64,000 bases of DNA from Lingula anatina. Taxonomy: Eukaryota > Animalia > Brachiopoda. Each line of letters begins with the position of its first letter. Position 1 is the first letter of the stretch. Below the pieces are notes generated by a model. The model searched no databases. It was given only the letters and a program-made list of their open reading frames with translations, and was not told where the DNA came from. Positions 1 to 47,251 of the stretch are shown piece by piece. The position numbers were made by a program, and so were the translations under genes. The DNA is taken from the NCBI GenBank assembly GCA_051362555.1, contig CM120641.1, forward strand, positions 47,560,401 through 47,624,400. Direction: 5' to 3'.

Positions 1-246
1 GTATTGTTTTCGTACCTGACAAGTAAAAGTAATACTTCTCTATGTATGGATTAGGTTTATGTCTCATTTTTCAGTTGATTTAAAATATGGAATTTCAGTA
101 AATTATAATTTAAGTACCTTACAATTTGTACATCATTGTGATTCATAGTCACTTATTTATTTTCTTACTATACATTTTCCTTCTTTAAGCCCACAGCCAA
201 TTATTTAGAGGTTATGTATATTATAAACTTATACTTATAATTACAG

Positions 247-33792
<33,546 letters not shown>

Positions 33793-36044
33793 TCACATTC
33801 TCTTGGCTAAGATGACCATGGCAAATGAGATTTGTTCGATATGTATTTCTATTTTTTTTTTTGTTGTTTTTTTATTAATCCAAACAAAGTTTATTTTTAT
33901 CTGGAGGGTGATATTATAGAACAGGAGTAAATTTTGGCTGAATGCTGCCTCATTATCACCTTATCTAAACTAACAAGAAGAGAGAAATCCATAGCTGTTA
34001 TCAGACTCATAATGATGACTTATTATTGAGTTATAGACATGATGGATTATATCTAACATATCCCTGATGGGAGGTTATATGGTTTTTCACTGGTGAATTT
34101 CATATCCAGCATAAACTTGTATTCCATATATATATAAGACGGCATGGGAAATAACCTGAAATACAATGCTGCAATCAGATTTACGGAACAGATTTGTATC
34201 AGCAAAAGTTACTTATATATTTTTATGACAGTTTGTGTTGCACTGTTTGCAGTTTTAAACAATATCATGTTTTATTACTTTTTGTCACATTAATTACATA
34301 GCATTTTTCCAAGGTTTCCAGAGAAAAATTTGTATTTTTGTATGCAGTATGTAAAGTTCCATTTTACTGATATGTGATTTCAACAAACAAAACTGCAATA
34401 TGTAATATAGCTATCCATGAACATTGATATCCAGATGCTATGCAGGATTAGCTAACTGTAATACATATAGTCAATCTGTAAGAAGTGAATTTCTAAGTTA
34501 TTCAAGGTATCTCTATTAAGACATTTTATGTCTCTCTTTATACAGTGTCACATCAAGTAAATACCTTTTTTATGAACAAATCAAAATTTACAACAATTTA
34601 CTGCAAATGATTGTTTCAATATTTTTTTATGTCCTCATACATGCACATTAGAAATAGAAGTATTTTAGTAAGAAAAGATAGAAAACACTTCTGGGGTAGA
34701 CTTCACATGTTAAAGTATTTTTATCAACAAATGTATAATGCATGTAAGTAATTCTGGTAGTTAACTTTTGTATGGGTATTTAACAGTATTATTTACTTAC
34801 AATGGACATTCCTAAATAACATTCCAAATAAGATACTAATATATTTTAGTTGTTACACGTATGACTCATTATAGATATGAGAAAAGGATTCAAATGAAAT
34901 TAATTTTACATTTAAAGGACATTGTTTCAGGAATTGAGATTTGAATTCTGAAACCTCGAGTGAGAATGTTTTAAAAGCTTTAAAAATAAAAATACCATGT
35001 CACAGAACTCTATTTGATACTGCATTGCCTCATTTTGATTCTAAAATTATGAAAATTATTTTATAAGAAATTTAATTACCAAGAAAGGTCTGGCCATGAA
35101 ACATATAACACCAGACTGCAAAACTGGTGAATATATTCAGTATAGTTATTGGCTAAAAATTTATTAATGCTATTAAAAATATTCATTATTACTTGCCATG
35201 ACATTTAAATAGAAATGAGGTGGGGAGGGGATAATTGTTACTCTGGCCCAGCTATAGTGCTTATATAATGTAACCCCAGACAACATATAACATGCATGTG
35301 CACCCATCATACCTCTTAGAGACCATTCAGAATAGGGAACTGACTAGTCCGAGGGTCAAATATGGCCGACTCATATGAGAAAACCACCATGATAGTTTTT
35401 TTATGATTCTTTAAAACAGGTTAACTTCTTGTCTCCAATGATCCACTTGAAAGCTTGTCGTGTAATCTCCGCGGGTAATCAAACAGGGAATTACGTAACA
35501 AGCTTTCAGGTGGGTCGGTCATATTTGAATGGTGGCTAGATTGTCACAAATCAAGTTGGTTTTGAACAGAGCCTAGGTCGATCATTGACAGGAAAAAATA
35601 ATATGGATTATGAAAACCTTGTACTAGACACTGTTCCAAACAATACTAAAACTAGTGCAACTGTATTACATAATGTAGCTGCAGGAGAAATATACGAACA
35701 CAAGGCTAATACATGTACGTGTAGTTAGGATATGCGTCATACCTTTTGTCAGCACTTATGCCTCGGGTTAAACAAGCATTCCTTATATGAGAAATAAAAC
35801 AACGCTCCCGCCCCCATACTAATGGAAAGCAAAAAATCCCGTTTGTGAAATTTTGAAAAAAAAAAACTTTTAAAAAACCTTTAAAAGGTTAGTAAGCAGG
35901 GCAAAACTCGATTAAGAAATGGAAAGATGTTCAAAATCAATGCTAATGTGGAGATGGCACTGACTTTTGTTTAGATGTTGCGCGAGGTGAAATTATAAAA
36001 CATTTATTTTATATTCTTTCATACTCTTTATTTGCTGCTTTTCA

Positions 36045-36088
<44 letters not shown>

Positions 36089-37469
36089 CATTATACCGTG
36101 CTACGTAGCCCTTGTTTACTTACATGCCTCCATTTAAGTATCGGACATTATGAGGACATAATAACATTTTAATTGTCTACCCAGGTAAATGTATACTGTT
36201 CAAGATATATTCAGGCCAATCACAAAAGATTTTCTTTTATCACGTTTCACGCAGAATATTGGGCTCAAATAACAAATCGCGCTCGAAAAAATAAAGCCAA
36301 TCACGCGGAAAGTAAAAGGTACTCCTTATCCTCACCTGCTGCCCTGACATTGAAAGGGCTCCGGACTAAAGATCTCTTTTCAATCGAAAAATCTACTTTT
36401 TCCTTCGTAGCCTCAAGCTCAAGCGAAATGGCATGGCAAAATTTCTCACCTGGATTAATCCGAATTTGAGATTTTCATATGTCTAAAACCAATAGGTTTG
36501 TTATAAAGTAGGAAAAAAATTATCAATAATATTCATTTCTTAATAGTTGTCCGCGCCCCCCCCCCCAAAAAAAAAAAAAAAAAAAATCAAAATTTGAAAA
36601 AAGTTTGAAAATACCATATAATATATCACAGCTTATATAGAGGACAGATATAAATTTTTCAAAAAGCTGGATATCCAAAAAATTATATAGATGAAATTTC
36701 TACAGAAAATTCAATGGCAAAAATTGGAGGCAATTAGAAAAAAATTTTGTTAAGATTTTTTATCTAAGACAGAAAAAAACTTATGTGCAACAGCCTGCCA
36801 ACAGGTGTGTTACTTATAAGCCCGCCCGAAGAGCTGGGTGTTCATTTCACATGACAATTTATGATGATAGACTATGAAGATATCAGCCTCATGACACGTT
36901 ATAAAACCCAGTCATACATGTCTGTCGTAACAAAGCCAATATGGGTCTTTAAGTACAATGTGCACCAATACATTTTTCAAGTATTGGGAGGCGTGTAAAA
37001 CGGCCTTATATGCAACTGACCAGTAGAGCGATATGGATCAGAGCGTCCATTGTGACGTAGACGGTCCACCTTCAATAATTGTCATATGGTTCAATTTGTT
37101 TCGGCCATGGTGATACTTAGCTGTGGGTCCCATTGGGGGGGGGGGGGGTAGTGATCACAGTTCACATGAATTTAAATCACCAATTCACAAATCACAGTAA
37201 ATTATGCTTTATTCATATGTCACTGAAAATGCGTGTCGAAAATCCCTAATATCACGAGTAACTAGATGTGATGGCTTCGTTTCATGAGTGGCGGAGAATA
37301 AAAAACCGCATCCACTAGTCACGGGATGGGGTGCTTCACAGATCACTCTTAATAAAAACAACGTTCCACACATCTTGTGAAATAAAAAAGTGACTTTCAC
37401 TGGAAACGAAATACCCAAAGGCACCCTCTAATTTTACACTTTTGCGCGATACTACATGTATTCACACGA

Positions 37470-37632
37470 ATAAAAGTCATATGCCAGTACAATAAATTAT
37501 TGTCTCTACATGGTCAGCTATACTGGCATATGACCAGTGCCAGTACAGCTGACCATGTAGAGACAATAATTTATTGTCACAATAAATTATTGTCTCTACA
37601 TGGTCAGCTATACTGGCATATGACTTTTTATT
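37470..37632. repeat. Local inverted triplication (forward-reverse-forward) of a ~45-bp segment
   Basis: acaataaattattgtctctacatggtcagctatactggcatatgac at ~37489 and ~37579 with its reverse complement between them. Confidence 0.85.
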
Positions 37633-40539
37633 AATTGCTTAAAGTTTAAACCGTCAGTGGATGTAGAGAAGTTCACGAGGAGCAAAATAATGTGTCGGAT
37701 GTTTGGTAAGTCCTTGATTATTTTCGAATATTATGAGCTTGTGTACAAAGTAAAACCTTAAACAAAATAAGGGAAAAAAGTTTTTTTGTGCTTTAGTTGA
37801 CGAAAGATGGGTGGGTGTTGTCTGACGTTTAGTTGCCACCGCAGAAATGACTTGTCCTGTCTTTTATTTTATTTTATTTTATTTATTCATTTATTATTTA
37901 TTATAATTGAACATTGGCTACAGGGCAGGGCTCACCTTGTTTACAGCGGTAAAATGTTGTGCAGTTAACGTGTCACCAAATGTGTCATTTTCTTCTGATC
38001 ATCAAGTGACTACCTGTCCCTTTTGGGGGGTCCCAAACCAATAACCCTAAGATACCCCCCTCACCCAGAAAGTTTCCCGTAGCAAAACTGATTTTCAAGC
38101 CTGAAGACAAGTAATAGAATCATTACACATATGGAAAAAGAAAAAGCAAGATCAGTAGAAACAGAAAAGTGATTAACTTTTTTTGCATTAATATCTAGAT
38201 AAGTGTTTTACATAAAAGAAATGAGAAAAACTTTTTTGACAAATTTTAATAAGGCATTTTAATGTGTCTATCCCCCTTAATAAGTCTGTTGTAGAGTTAG
38301 CGAGATGTATGTGATGTACACGAGTTAAAAGATAAATTGAAGTCACATTTTTTTCTTTGGAGGGGGAGGGAGTGTCAAACATATAGAGGGGCGACAAAAA
38401 TGTTGCACCATTTTGCTTGAAGTTGAACAATAGGTGGGTTTCTTTTCAATTAGTATTTTATTGAAAAGTAATAAAGTCAAGTTAGTATCTTAACTACAGG
38501 TTTACAAATCAGTGTTTTATCCTTACAAAACGCATGCTATTTTGTCGGTGCTAAAGGTAAACTCCATGGGTTTGAAAATCCACAGCTTCTTATGAATTCT
38601 TACATGAACCTTAAAATAATCTAGCCCCTTAAATATTTTTTCTGGAGCGTACTTGATATTGATGTTTCCATTGGTGCTTTCAGAAATGACTGGCCAGTCA
38701 AATGTTCAAATCCACCAAGTCTTGACAGCATAAAAGAGGCATGTTGTCACCGGTTCCAGTCTGCTTTGGTCGGCCGTGGTACTATTTGGCATCCTTCTGC
38801 ATGCCTCGTACACAGTCTGCCCAGACTTCTATACCTTCTTCTCTCGGGGATACATATCTTTTCTTTCTTCATTAGTAGTCCATAAGGTCTGTCGGAAAAT
38901 TCGCTTAGAAATGAGCATGCTATTCTGTTTTAGCGAGTGAAAAATATTTGGAGATATAAATTTCGAATGTCCCAAATTAACCACCTTTATGTTCTAATTC
39001 GTTACACTCAAATGAACATAAAATATTTATAGTATAAACACAGACACAGTGTTAGGGGTGGAAGCGCTCGTTTCGTTTCGTGTGCTTTATTTCCAGTTGA
39101 AAGTATTGCCATAAATACAGTCATTGGTGAACATTGAAAACCGTAATTATATTCTTGCTATTATTATTTTTTTTAAACAAACTTTGAACGCAATGATTAA
39201 AATAAATATATGTAAAACGAAAATCCTTTTAAAAGGGTAATAAAATAATAATGATAATGATCAGTTTTTGAGTTTTTTTAAAGAAAACTCCATCTTGCTT
39301 TGTCTTCTGCCGTACCGGGATCCGAACGTTCTGATATGAAATAAATAAAACACTGAAAAACTTGAACTAAGCCTCTATTCTTTCTAATCTTAACTCATCA
39401 TATCTAGTATTTATTTATGAAATATATTTATTTTAACAAACAAACTTAACTTTTTTTAAATTGATAAAGTAAAAATCCTTCAAGTTGGGTGGGTTGGAGG
39501 GAATTATAAATATTCTCTGCTTGCATCACGGAATGCGAAAGAGCATTCGAATGACCTAACTCTCAAATCTACTTTTCCTCATCACCTTCTATTTGATATT
39601 ACTACTCAAGTGACCAGTCACATGATATTAACACTACTCAGACCATACTGGACCGTTCACACAAAAACTTATCACGTGTCTGCGTACCCACAACAAATAT
39701 ATTTAGGTTCGCTTATTTTATATTCTATGCCAAATATGCCATGATTTGAACATGAAGACTGGAACTTTTTTCCTGTCAATGTGGTGAGTCGACCAACCAA
39801 TACGAACAGTCAAATTGACACCTACCGTCTTGTGACTTTGACCTTTACTATCAGAGGGTAGAAAGTTGACAGTCAGAAGGGCATTAAACATTCCATGGCA
39901 CCCTTGATAGTGCACATGGATGAAAATTTATCACTGGTTACTTGAGCAATGAATTGCGAACCATCACTGACAAACGGGTCCTCCATGTCACATAGTGCAC
40001 CATTCACACAAATATTTTTGTCACGCCTCTGAAAATTTGGCTGTAACATCGGGTAATGCAGTACTGTAGTTCTTTTGATAAAGGCTGGTATATTCGACAA
40101 CATAAACATTATATTTTAGGTATGATAAGAGACGTCCATAAGGGAAAAATGAAAGTTCACCTCACATTACTTCTGATGTGGATGAGAATGGCAAGTGGAG
40201 GAAATGCACCGCCTCAATATCGTGAAAAATGGCGACCACAATATCACTATACTCCTCCCAGAAACTTTATGAACGACCCTAGCGGACTAGTTGCATTCGA
40301 TGGTCTATATCATTTATTTTATATATACGACCCGAGCGGTAAGTACATACATGTAGCTTTTACCCATCAGCAGTACAATGTACGTATTTTAAATGAGCAA
40401 AATGGATTTTAATTATGCTATCGTATTTTATTTTATCGACAGATCAAATCAATTTGTATTTTATGCTTTTATGTATAAATGTGGCATTAAATTTTTATTA
40501 TCATATTGAAATGACATTGATATGTTCAAGCTACTCTAT

Positions 40540-40732
40540 GACCGCATTCACAACAAAGTTGACAGATCCGTGGATCCAATATAGCAGGACCACTTGAAAG
40601 TTTGCTGCTTTATTCCCTAATAGACACTAAATAGATACCCCGCAAGATAATGCTGCAACATTTCAATCGCATCGGACATATTTGATCCGAAGATCTGTTT
40701 GTCCGCGGACCAACTTTGTTTTGAATGAGGCC
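40540..40732. mobile_element. Palindromic MITE (gcattcacaac family); paralogous copy at ~55014-55206
   Basis: gaccgcattcaacaacaaagttg...caactttgttttgaatgaggcc; related to elements at 43915-44099, 62036-62184 and ~35320-35573. Confidence 0.6.
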
Positions 40733-41058
40733 TATACGGGATTTACCGGCCATAATGAATTTTCCTCGAGGGGGGGGGGGGGGGGTATTTTTTGTCTCAC
40801 GAATCCTTGCTCGACGCATCCTCGCACTTGGATTCGAACTTTCGTTTTTCATTTTTGATTAATATAATGATTTCAGCAGGCACTTGTATTTGAAGGGTTT
40901 CAGAGTTTTGAAGGTCTGACTTGGGAAAGATTAGACGCTTTGCAGTTTATGTGGATGGGAAAGTTTTCAAACGCGTACAGTTACCTTTCGAGGTAATGTT
41001 TAAAGTAACGGCTTGTCATGCCCTTTCAGAAATTAAACTTGTCATCCTAACACTGGCC

Positions 41059-41775
41059 TAATGTGGACAGGGGGAAACATGGTCCCCGTCAGTGGTCACT
41101 AATGTGGACAGGGGGAAACATGGTCCCCGTCATTGGTCACTAATGTGGACAGGGGGAAACATGGTCCCCGTCAGTGGTCACTAATGTGGACAGCGGGAAA
41201 CATGGTCCCCGACAGTGGTCACTAATGTGGACAGGGGGAAACATGGTCCCCGACAGTGGTCACTAATGTGGACAGGGGGAAACATGGTCCCCGTCAGTGG
41301 TCACTAATGTGGACAGCGGGAAACATGGTCCCCGTCAGTGGTCACTAATGTGGACAGGGGGAAACATGGTCCCCGACAGTGGTCACTAATGTGGACAGTG
41401 GGAAACATGGTCCCCGTCAGTGGTCACTAATGTGGACAGGGGGAAACATGGTCCCCGACAGTGGTCACTAAGAGTGCATTCCCACAGATTTAGATCCTTT
41501 TGAGGTAATGTTTAAAGTAACGGCTTGTCATTCCCTTTCTAAAATTAAACTTGTCATCCTAACACTGGCCTAATGTGGACAGCGGGAAACATGGTCCCCG
41601 ACAGTGGTCACTAATGTGGACAGGGGGAAACATGGTCCCCGTCAGTGGTCACTAATGTGGACAGGGGGAAACATGGTCCCCGACAGTGGTCGCTAATGTG
41701 GACAGCGGGAAACATGGTCCCCGTCAGTGGTCACTAATGTGGACAGGGGGAAACATGTTCCCCGACAGTGGTTAC
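41059..41775. repeat. 41-bp minisatellite, two arrays (10 units 41059-41468; 5 units 41571-41775) within a ~512-bp block duplication
   Basis: Unit taatgtggacagggggaaacatggtccccg(t/a)cagtggtcac, contiguous with no spacers; leader gaggtaatgtttaaagtaacggcttgtcat... precedes both arrays. Confidence 0.95.
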
Positions 41776-41778
41776 TAA

Positions 41779-41999
41779 GAGTGCATTCCCACAGATTTAG
41801 ATCGATCCATCCGGATCCGGATCGACCTAACTCCCTGGGAGTTCACGCTAAATTGCAGTCAGCCGAGCGCGCACGACAGTTAATTACCCCCTAACAGCTT
41901 TTAGTAGGCGGGACAGACGCTTAAGCCGACTAAGCTGACAATAATCTAGTGAGACTCCCCACAGGGATAGATCGATCTAAAATCTGTGGGAATGGGGTC
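41779..41999. mobile_element. Harbinger/Tourist-like MITE, TAA TSD
   Basis: TIR cattcccacagattt(t)agatcgatc; TAA at 41776-41778 and 42000-42002; same family as 63299-63715; only the right half remains in copy 2 (~55430-55518). Confidence 0.8.
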
Positions 42000-43009
42000 T
42001 AAAGCACGGGGATAAAAATATATGTACATATATGTCTTTAGCTACAGGTCCAATCCGGTACAGCAGCTGGGGTCACGCCGTCAGCACTGACCTCGTTCAC
42101 TGGGAAACTTGGCCTCTTGCTCTCCCGGAGACTGCCGGGGTGTTGGTCTTCAGTGGCAGTGCAGTGGCTGACATACACAACACTACAGGATTTTGCACCA
42201 AGAACACCGTAGCCTTGGTTGCAATTTTCACTGGCCATCATCCGTAAGTACTGTAACAGTCTGTTTGATACCGAATACGTATGGAACAAATACTGTAGGC
42301 TATGTACTATTTTATTCTTACACAAACATTGGGTAAAAAGAATAAAATAATTAATATAGATGGTGTTTAGATAAAGATTTAACAAGTACTGGTACTATAC
42401 TGCTGTAGTATTGTTGTCTACATTGCTCTGATAAATGAGATCCCATAAGCAGTGCCTGCGACGTTTCTTCTGATCTTTTCACAGACTATCTTGACGATAT
42501 TGGTTGCGAACGAAATTTTCCGCAGAATTGACCCAAGAAGATGTTAAGAACAGCTGCAAATGTGCCGTTATTTGCGTACATTAAACGATTAAGTGAATGT
42601 ATATATCCAATGTAAATGATTAGTTTTATATTTAAACATACGATGACACCCTTTATAGTGCACAAGGATGAAAATTCTGCGTGCGTATTACTAAAACCGC
42701 TCTTCACTAGTTTCTCTCAAAACAAAGTGCTGTAAAACATTTCTATGTTATACATGTATATGGCTAAACTTATTTGAGATTTTACGAACACTCTTTTCAG
42801 CCAGCAGTTTTTCTTATAACTCTGTGTTTCATTATCGTATGCACTAAACTGCATATGCGGTATGAGGCTTGTTTTTTCTCTGTTATAAAAGAACAACCCT
42901 TAGCTGATGCGGTATAATAGGTAAAACCATGTATATTAGCTGTAAATCATTTGTGAATTATATTTTGTCTGTGTAGCACACTGGACAGCCGTAAAATGGT
43001 CTCTATGCT

Positions 43010-43034
43010 TTTATTAATTAATTAATTATTTATT

Positions 43035-43111
<77 letters not shown>

Positions 43112-43174
43112 CATCATTATTATTATTATTATTATTATTAATTTATGATTATTTTTTAAATCATTATTATTATT
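43010..43174. repeat. (ATT)n/(ATTT)n microsatellite upstream of the GH32 copy-1 exon 3 acceptor
   Basis: Long att run; much shorter at the paralogous site (~56030-56078). Confidence 0.93.
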
Positions 43175-43790
43175 TGTGCACCGGTTATTTGTTATAAGGG
43201 CATCGGATCTATCTGGACAAGGGTTGGCTTACAGCTTGGATGGCGGTGTGAAGTGGACGTATTATGACAGAAATCCTGTGTTAGACGTAGGCACGACCCC
43301 TTTCGAGACCCCAAAGTATTTTGGCACGAGCCAACAAAACGATGGGTCATGGCAGTAGCACAAGCTATGGGGAAAAAAAGAGGTATCCGTCTGTTTTCAT
43401 CCCCAGACCTGAAGAATTGGACGTACTTGAGTGAAAAGAATCAGCAAGGTTTGATTGCCACCAATGAAGTGGAGACCCCAAACCTTTTTGAATTAAGGGT
43501 GACAGTAGAAAACACAACCAAGTGGGTTTTGGCGGTCATTACGGGAAAAGGATCGAGTCCCCGCCGTTCAGTGATGTACTGGATTGGTATGGTGTACAAG
43601 CTTTTATTTTATATCTCATATATTCATTTATCATATTGATGTAGATTTGCAGATAGGTTGAGAACGTGAATTCTAAGATATAAGATGCAGAAAGAGCGAA
43701 ACCATTAAACGAAATTACGTCGCACAAATATTCCTAAGCTCCCATTAGAGCATTAAATTAGGTTGGTTCATGTAGCTTGGTCATGTGGAA

Positions 43791-43827
<37 letters not shown>

Positions 43828-43914
43828 CAATGTTTAGAAATTTAAGAAAGGACCATAGCTAGTTTTTCATAAACTGTCGTCTACAAAGAGAACCAAGGCT
43901 GCCATGGTGACTAA

Positions 43915-44099
43915 GGCCGCATTCACAACTACGGACTAACTAGTCCGCGGATGAAATAGGTCCGACCCACTTGAATGCTTGTTGCGTAATCCCCTCGGGT
44001 TATCTGTTCAGTGTCTATTAGGTGATTAAGCGACAAGCTTTTAAGTAGGTCGCAATATTTGATCCGCGGACTAGTTTGTCTGCTGTTGTGAATGCAGCC
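43915..44099. mobile_element. Harbinger-type palindromic MITE
   Basis: TIR ggccgcattcacaac / gttgtgaatgcagcc, flanked by TAA/TTA; absent from copy 2 intron 3. Confidence 0.7.
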
Positions 44100-45917
44100 T
44101 TAGGAGAGTGATACCTAACAAAGGTAGAGTTTCGACTGTCACAGAGAGCAAATGTGAATTGAGAATGTTGAGGGTAGATAAGGGCAACTATAGAGACACG
44201 AGTTTTTTCTATTTATAGTGGACTTCTATTGTTAAAGGCGGTCACTTTTGGGGGTAACTTTGACTCTTTTATTTATACGTCGTTTTCTAATACTTATTTT
44301 TGGGCGAGTATATAGGCAAATCTTTTTTAAGGTAGGTGAAATGCACAGTATGGTGTTTGCTTTAGTATGGTGAACAATAGAAATCCGCTTTCATTTGAAA
44401 AAAAAGGGGAAAATCTTCCTTCCATAGTGGCCCTTTTCTACTGACGAGAAGCAACAAAGTGTATAAACATATGAGCATCTCCGCATTCACAATTAATAAT
44501 CTTAATGGCTGAAGATGTGCTCAAATTTGATATAAATCGCCTTCTCATAAAAGAAAATTATTTCATAAGGATCTTGGCTTCGATTATCGATTCATAATTG
44601 TCATCATTTATTATTTAGGCAACTTTGATGGAAAGCACTTTGTTCCTGACGACATAAAAGCCAGATTTGTGGACTTTGGCTACGACTTCCAAGCCTTTCA
44701 AACCTGGAACAATTATGTGGATGATCGAGTGTTGATGATTGGGTGGATGTGGTAAGTCTTACGGCCAGAAAACAAATGGTTATTGCCACCATTTCAGAGT
44801 AAAAAGCCTAGCTGGTTGATACATAAGGCAGATAAATATTTGTGAATAGCTTGTAAAAATAAAAATAAAAATAAAATAAAATAAAATAAAATGAAATGAA
44901 ATAAATAAATAAATAAATAAAAAACACTCCATGTGGTCCCTGGTAGAGGTTAGTGTGAAACCAGATCCTGAGTATATCGCCATTGTTTGAGCTTGGAGCA
45001 TTCTTTAGGTTGGTTATTTTACTATCTTTGGAAACGCATACATTTGGCATATGTACTACATATACTGTAGTGATTTTATGCATGTATATAATTGTATTGA
45101 AAAGTGTTGAGTGAAGCACACATTTTTGATAAGTGAGTGTTTTCTAGGGAAGAAAATGATGCTAAACACACATGTGCAACTATTTTTTTTCTCACAACAA
45201 CTATATATATTTAGGTTGGCAAAAATGACAATTTTCAAAATGGCGGACAAAACACCCTAACAATTAAGAGTTTCATCATCAACAATTAACGGACCCATAG
45301 TTTGTAAAATGCCTTTTCTTATGTTTTAAAGGTTGTAAGATATTTGTTCTTATGTTAACACTGCCATTGATACATTCTAAATGGAGTTTGGTTACCTTGT
45401 TGGTTGATAGTTTACTGTCAAGCTTGACAGAAGAGACAGATCTCAGTCAATCAAAACGAGGAGTGATAAGATATCTCAAGTTCTGCTGGATGTGAATTTT
45501 GAGGAAGAATCAGAGTTATTCTGACCTCAAGCAACCAAAGGGTGAATGTCTTTTAATTAATAAAAAGAGATGAATGGGATATTTTTTGTTCTGTGCGTAA
45601 GAAGCCAGGGGAGCAATCACAATCATGTACCGAGACCAACAAAGAAGTTGCCAGATAAATATCCAACGTCTGGATGTCCAAGAATATTTTCCCTCTCTTT
45701 GAGAACATTTACAACAGAATAACTGCATATTGAGGCTACATATAAAAAGCATTGTGCTTATATATGATGAATCTTTTTACTTTCGTATATCATCACTTTT
45801 AATCCTTGCACTTTACAGACAGTTAATGCTTCATAAGTTCCCCAAATCTATCATAATCCAACATACTTCTGTTGGGGAAAGTATTTCTCAAAGATAGGAA
45901 AATATTTTTTTGGAGAT

Positions 45918-46180
45918 TCAGGCCTGTAGTCGCTTGTGGTAGTTTTGGACAAGCTTCTGACACACCTCCTGAGGAATTTTAGCCCATTCCTCTTTGGCAA
46001 ATCTTTCTAGTTCCATCAGATTTGATGGTCTTCTGGCATGGACCCTAGTCTTCAGTTCATCCCAAAAATTTTCTGTTAGATTTAAGTCCGGGCTTTGGGT
46101 AGGCCAGTCCATGACATTCACTTTGGCCCTCTGGAGGTAGGCCTTTACCAGTGTTTTGGGTCGCTGTCATGTTGGAGGAC
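45918..46180 (-). mobile_element. Tc1-family transposase C-terminal relic
   Basis: VLQHDSDPKH (broken frame), then WPTQSPDLNLTENFWDELK...EEWAKIPQEVCQKLV; matches the Tc1 QxDNDPKH and WPxQSPDLNPIENxW motifs. Confidence 0.88.
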
Positions 46181-46994
46181 TTTAATTTTTCATTTTGATC
46201 ACATTTCGTTTTGAGAAATTACAATCCATATTTTTCTCTTTTTCATCGTGCATGAAGATCACTTAAATATTCGCGTCGCGTTGTTGGTTTCAAAATACGC
46301 TTTTACGCATTTTACAACCGGTTTAGCAATAATTCATTGCTACCAACTATGGAACACAAACCATGGCTACTGCACAACTGACCAGTTGAATTTATGATGT
46401 TAAAATGCGGCTCACTTAATGTAAATTTAAAAAAAAAAAATATTAATAAAGTAAGATAAAATAAAAAATAAAAAAAGAAAGAAAAGACACGTTAAACATA
46501 TACTATTTTAAAGTTACAGGCATGCCTGTAATGAAAATAATTTGAGTTAAAGTGAAAATGTGAAATGATTTAAAGGAAAACTTTAAAAGTATATAAGACA
46601 TATCCTGACCGTATGTATAATATTATTATTCATTTTATAGCGTTTGAAAAATTGTATATTACTGTATATGCGTGGAAATGGTGCTAACATTTTTAATAGT
46701 CTGCTTCACTGTGCAAATCTTCTGAGAAAAAATGAAGCAAAGTTGTCATATTGAAGTAAAACCTAGTTATTTGTATTCATGTAGCGTGTGGGACTACTGT
46801 GGACTAGTGCCAACCCGACCTTGGAAGGGAGCTCAGTCTCTGGTGCGAGAGCTTTCACTGGAAAGGGAGGCTTCTGCCATCATTCTTGTTCAGAAACCAG
46901 TCAAACAAATGGAAAAGTTAAGGTCTGCGCTGAAGCTGGAATTGGACAAGACTGATACACTGACTGTAAGTGATGGAAACGCACTAGGCTCTAA

Positions 46995-47251
46995 GGGAGC
47001 GTTCAGATAAATCCAACGTACTAGCTGGATCAACCCAACTCTTCTGGAGATTCTCCCTAATTGCAGCCACTGCAATCGGCTTAAATGTTTGACACGCCTC
47101 CTCGAGTTGCTAGGGGTAATTAACTAATTAACTAGCTACTCAAGGAGGCGTGTCAGACAATGAACCTAGTTACACTGAATGTACCTTAGCGAGAAAACCC
47201 AGCAGAGTTGCTTCGAACCAGCTGGTGCTATGTTTGAATCTGAACGCAGTG
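46995..47251. mobile_element. Palindromic MITE with TAA TSD (paralog at 58671-58927)
   Basis: gcgttcagat / atctgaacgc termini, inner tgacacgcctcct / aggaggcgtgtca inverted pair, TAA on both sides. Present in both duplicates, so it predates the duplication. Confidence 0.7.

Noticed and set aside
41059-41775. CRISPR-like array of palindromic ~41-bp repeats
   Set aside because: Units are contiguous and near-identical with no unique spacers, no cas genes, and lie in a eukaryotic intron; this is a minisatellite.
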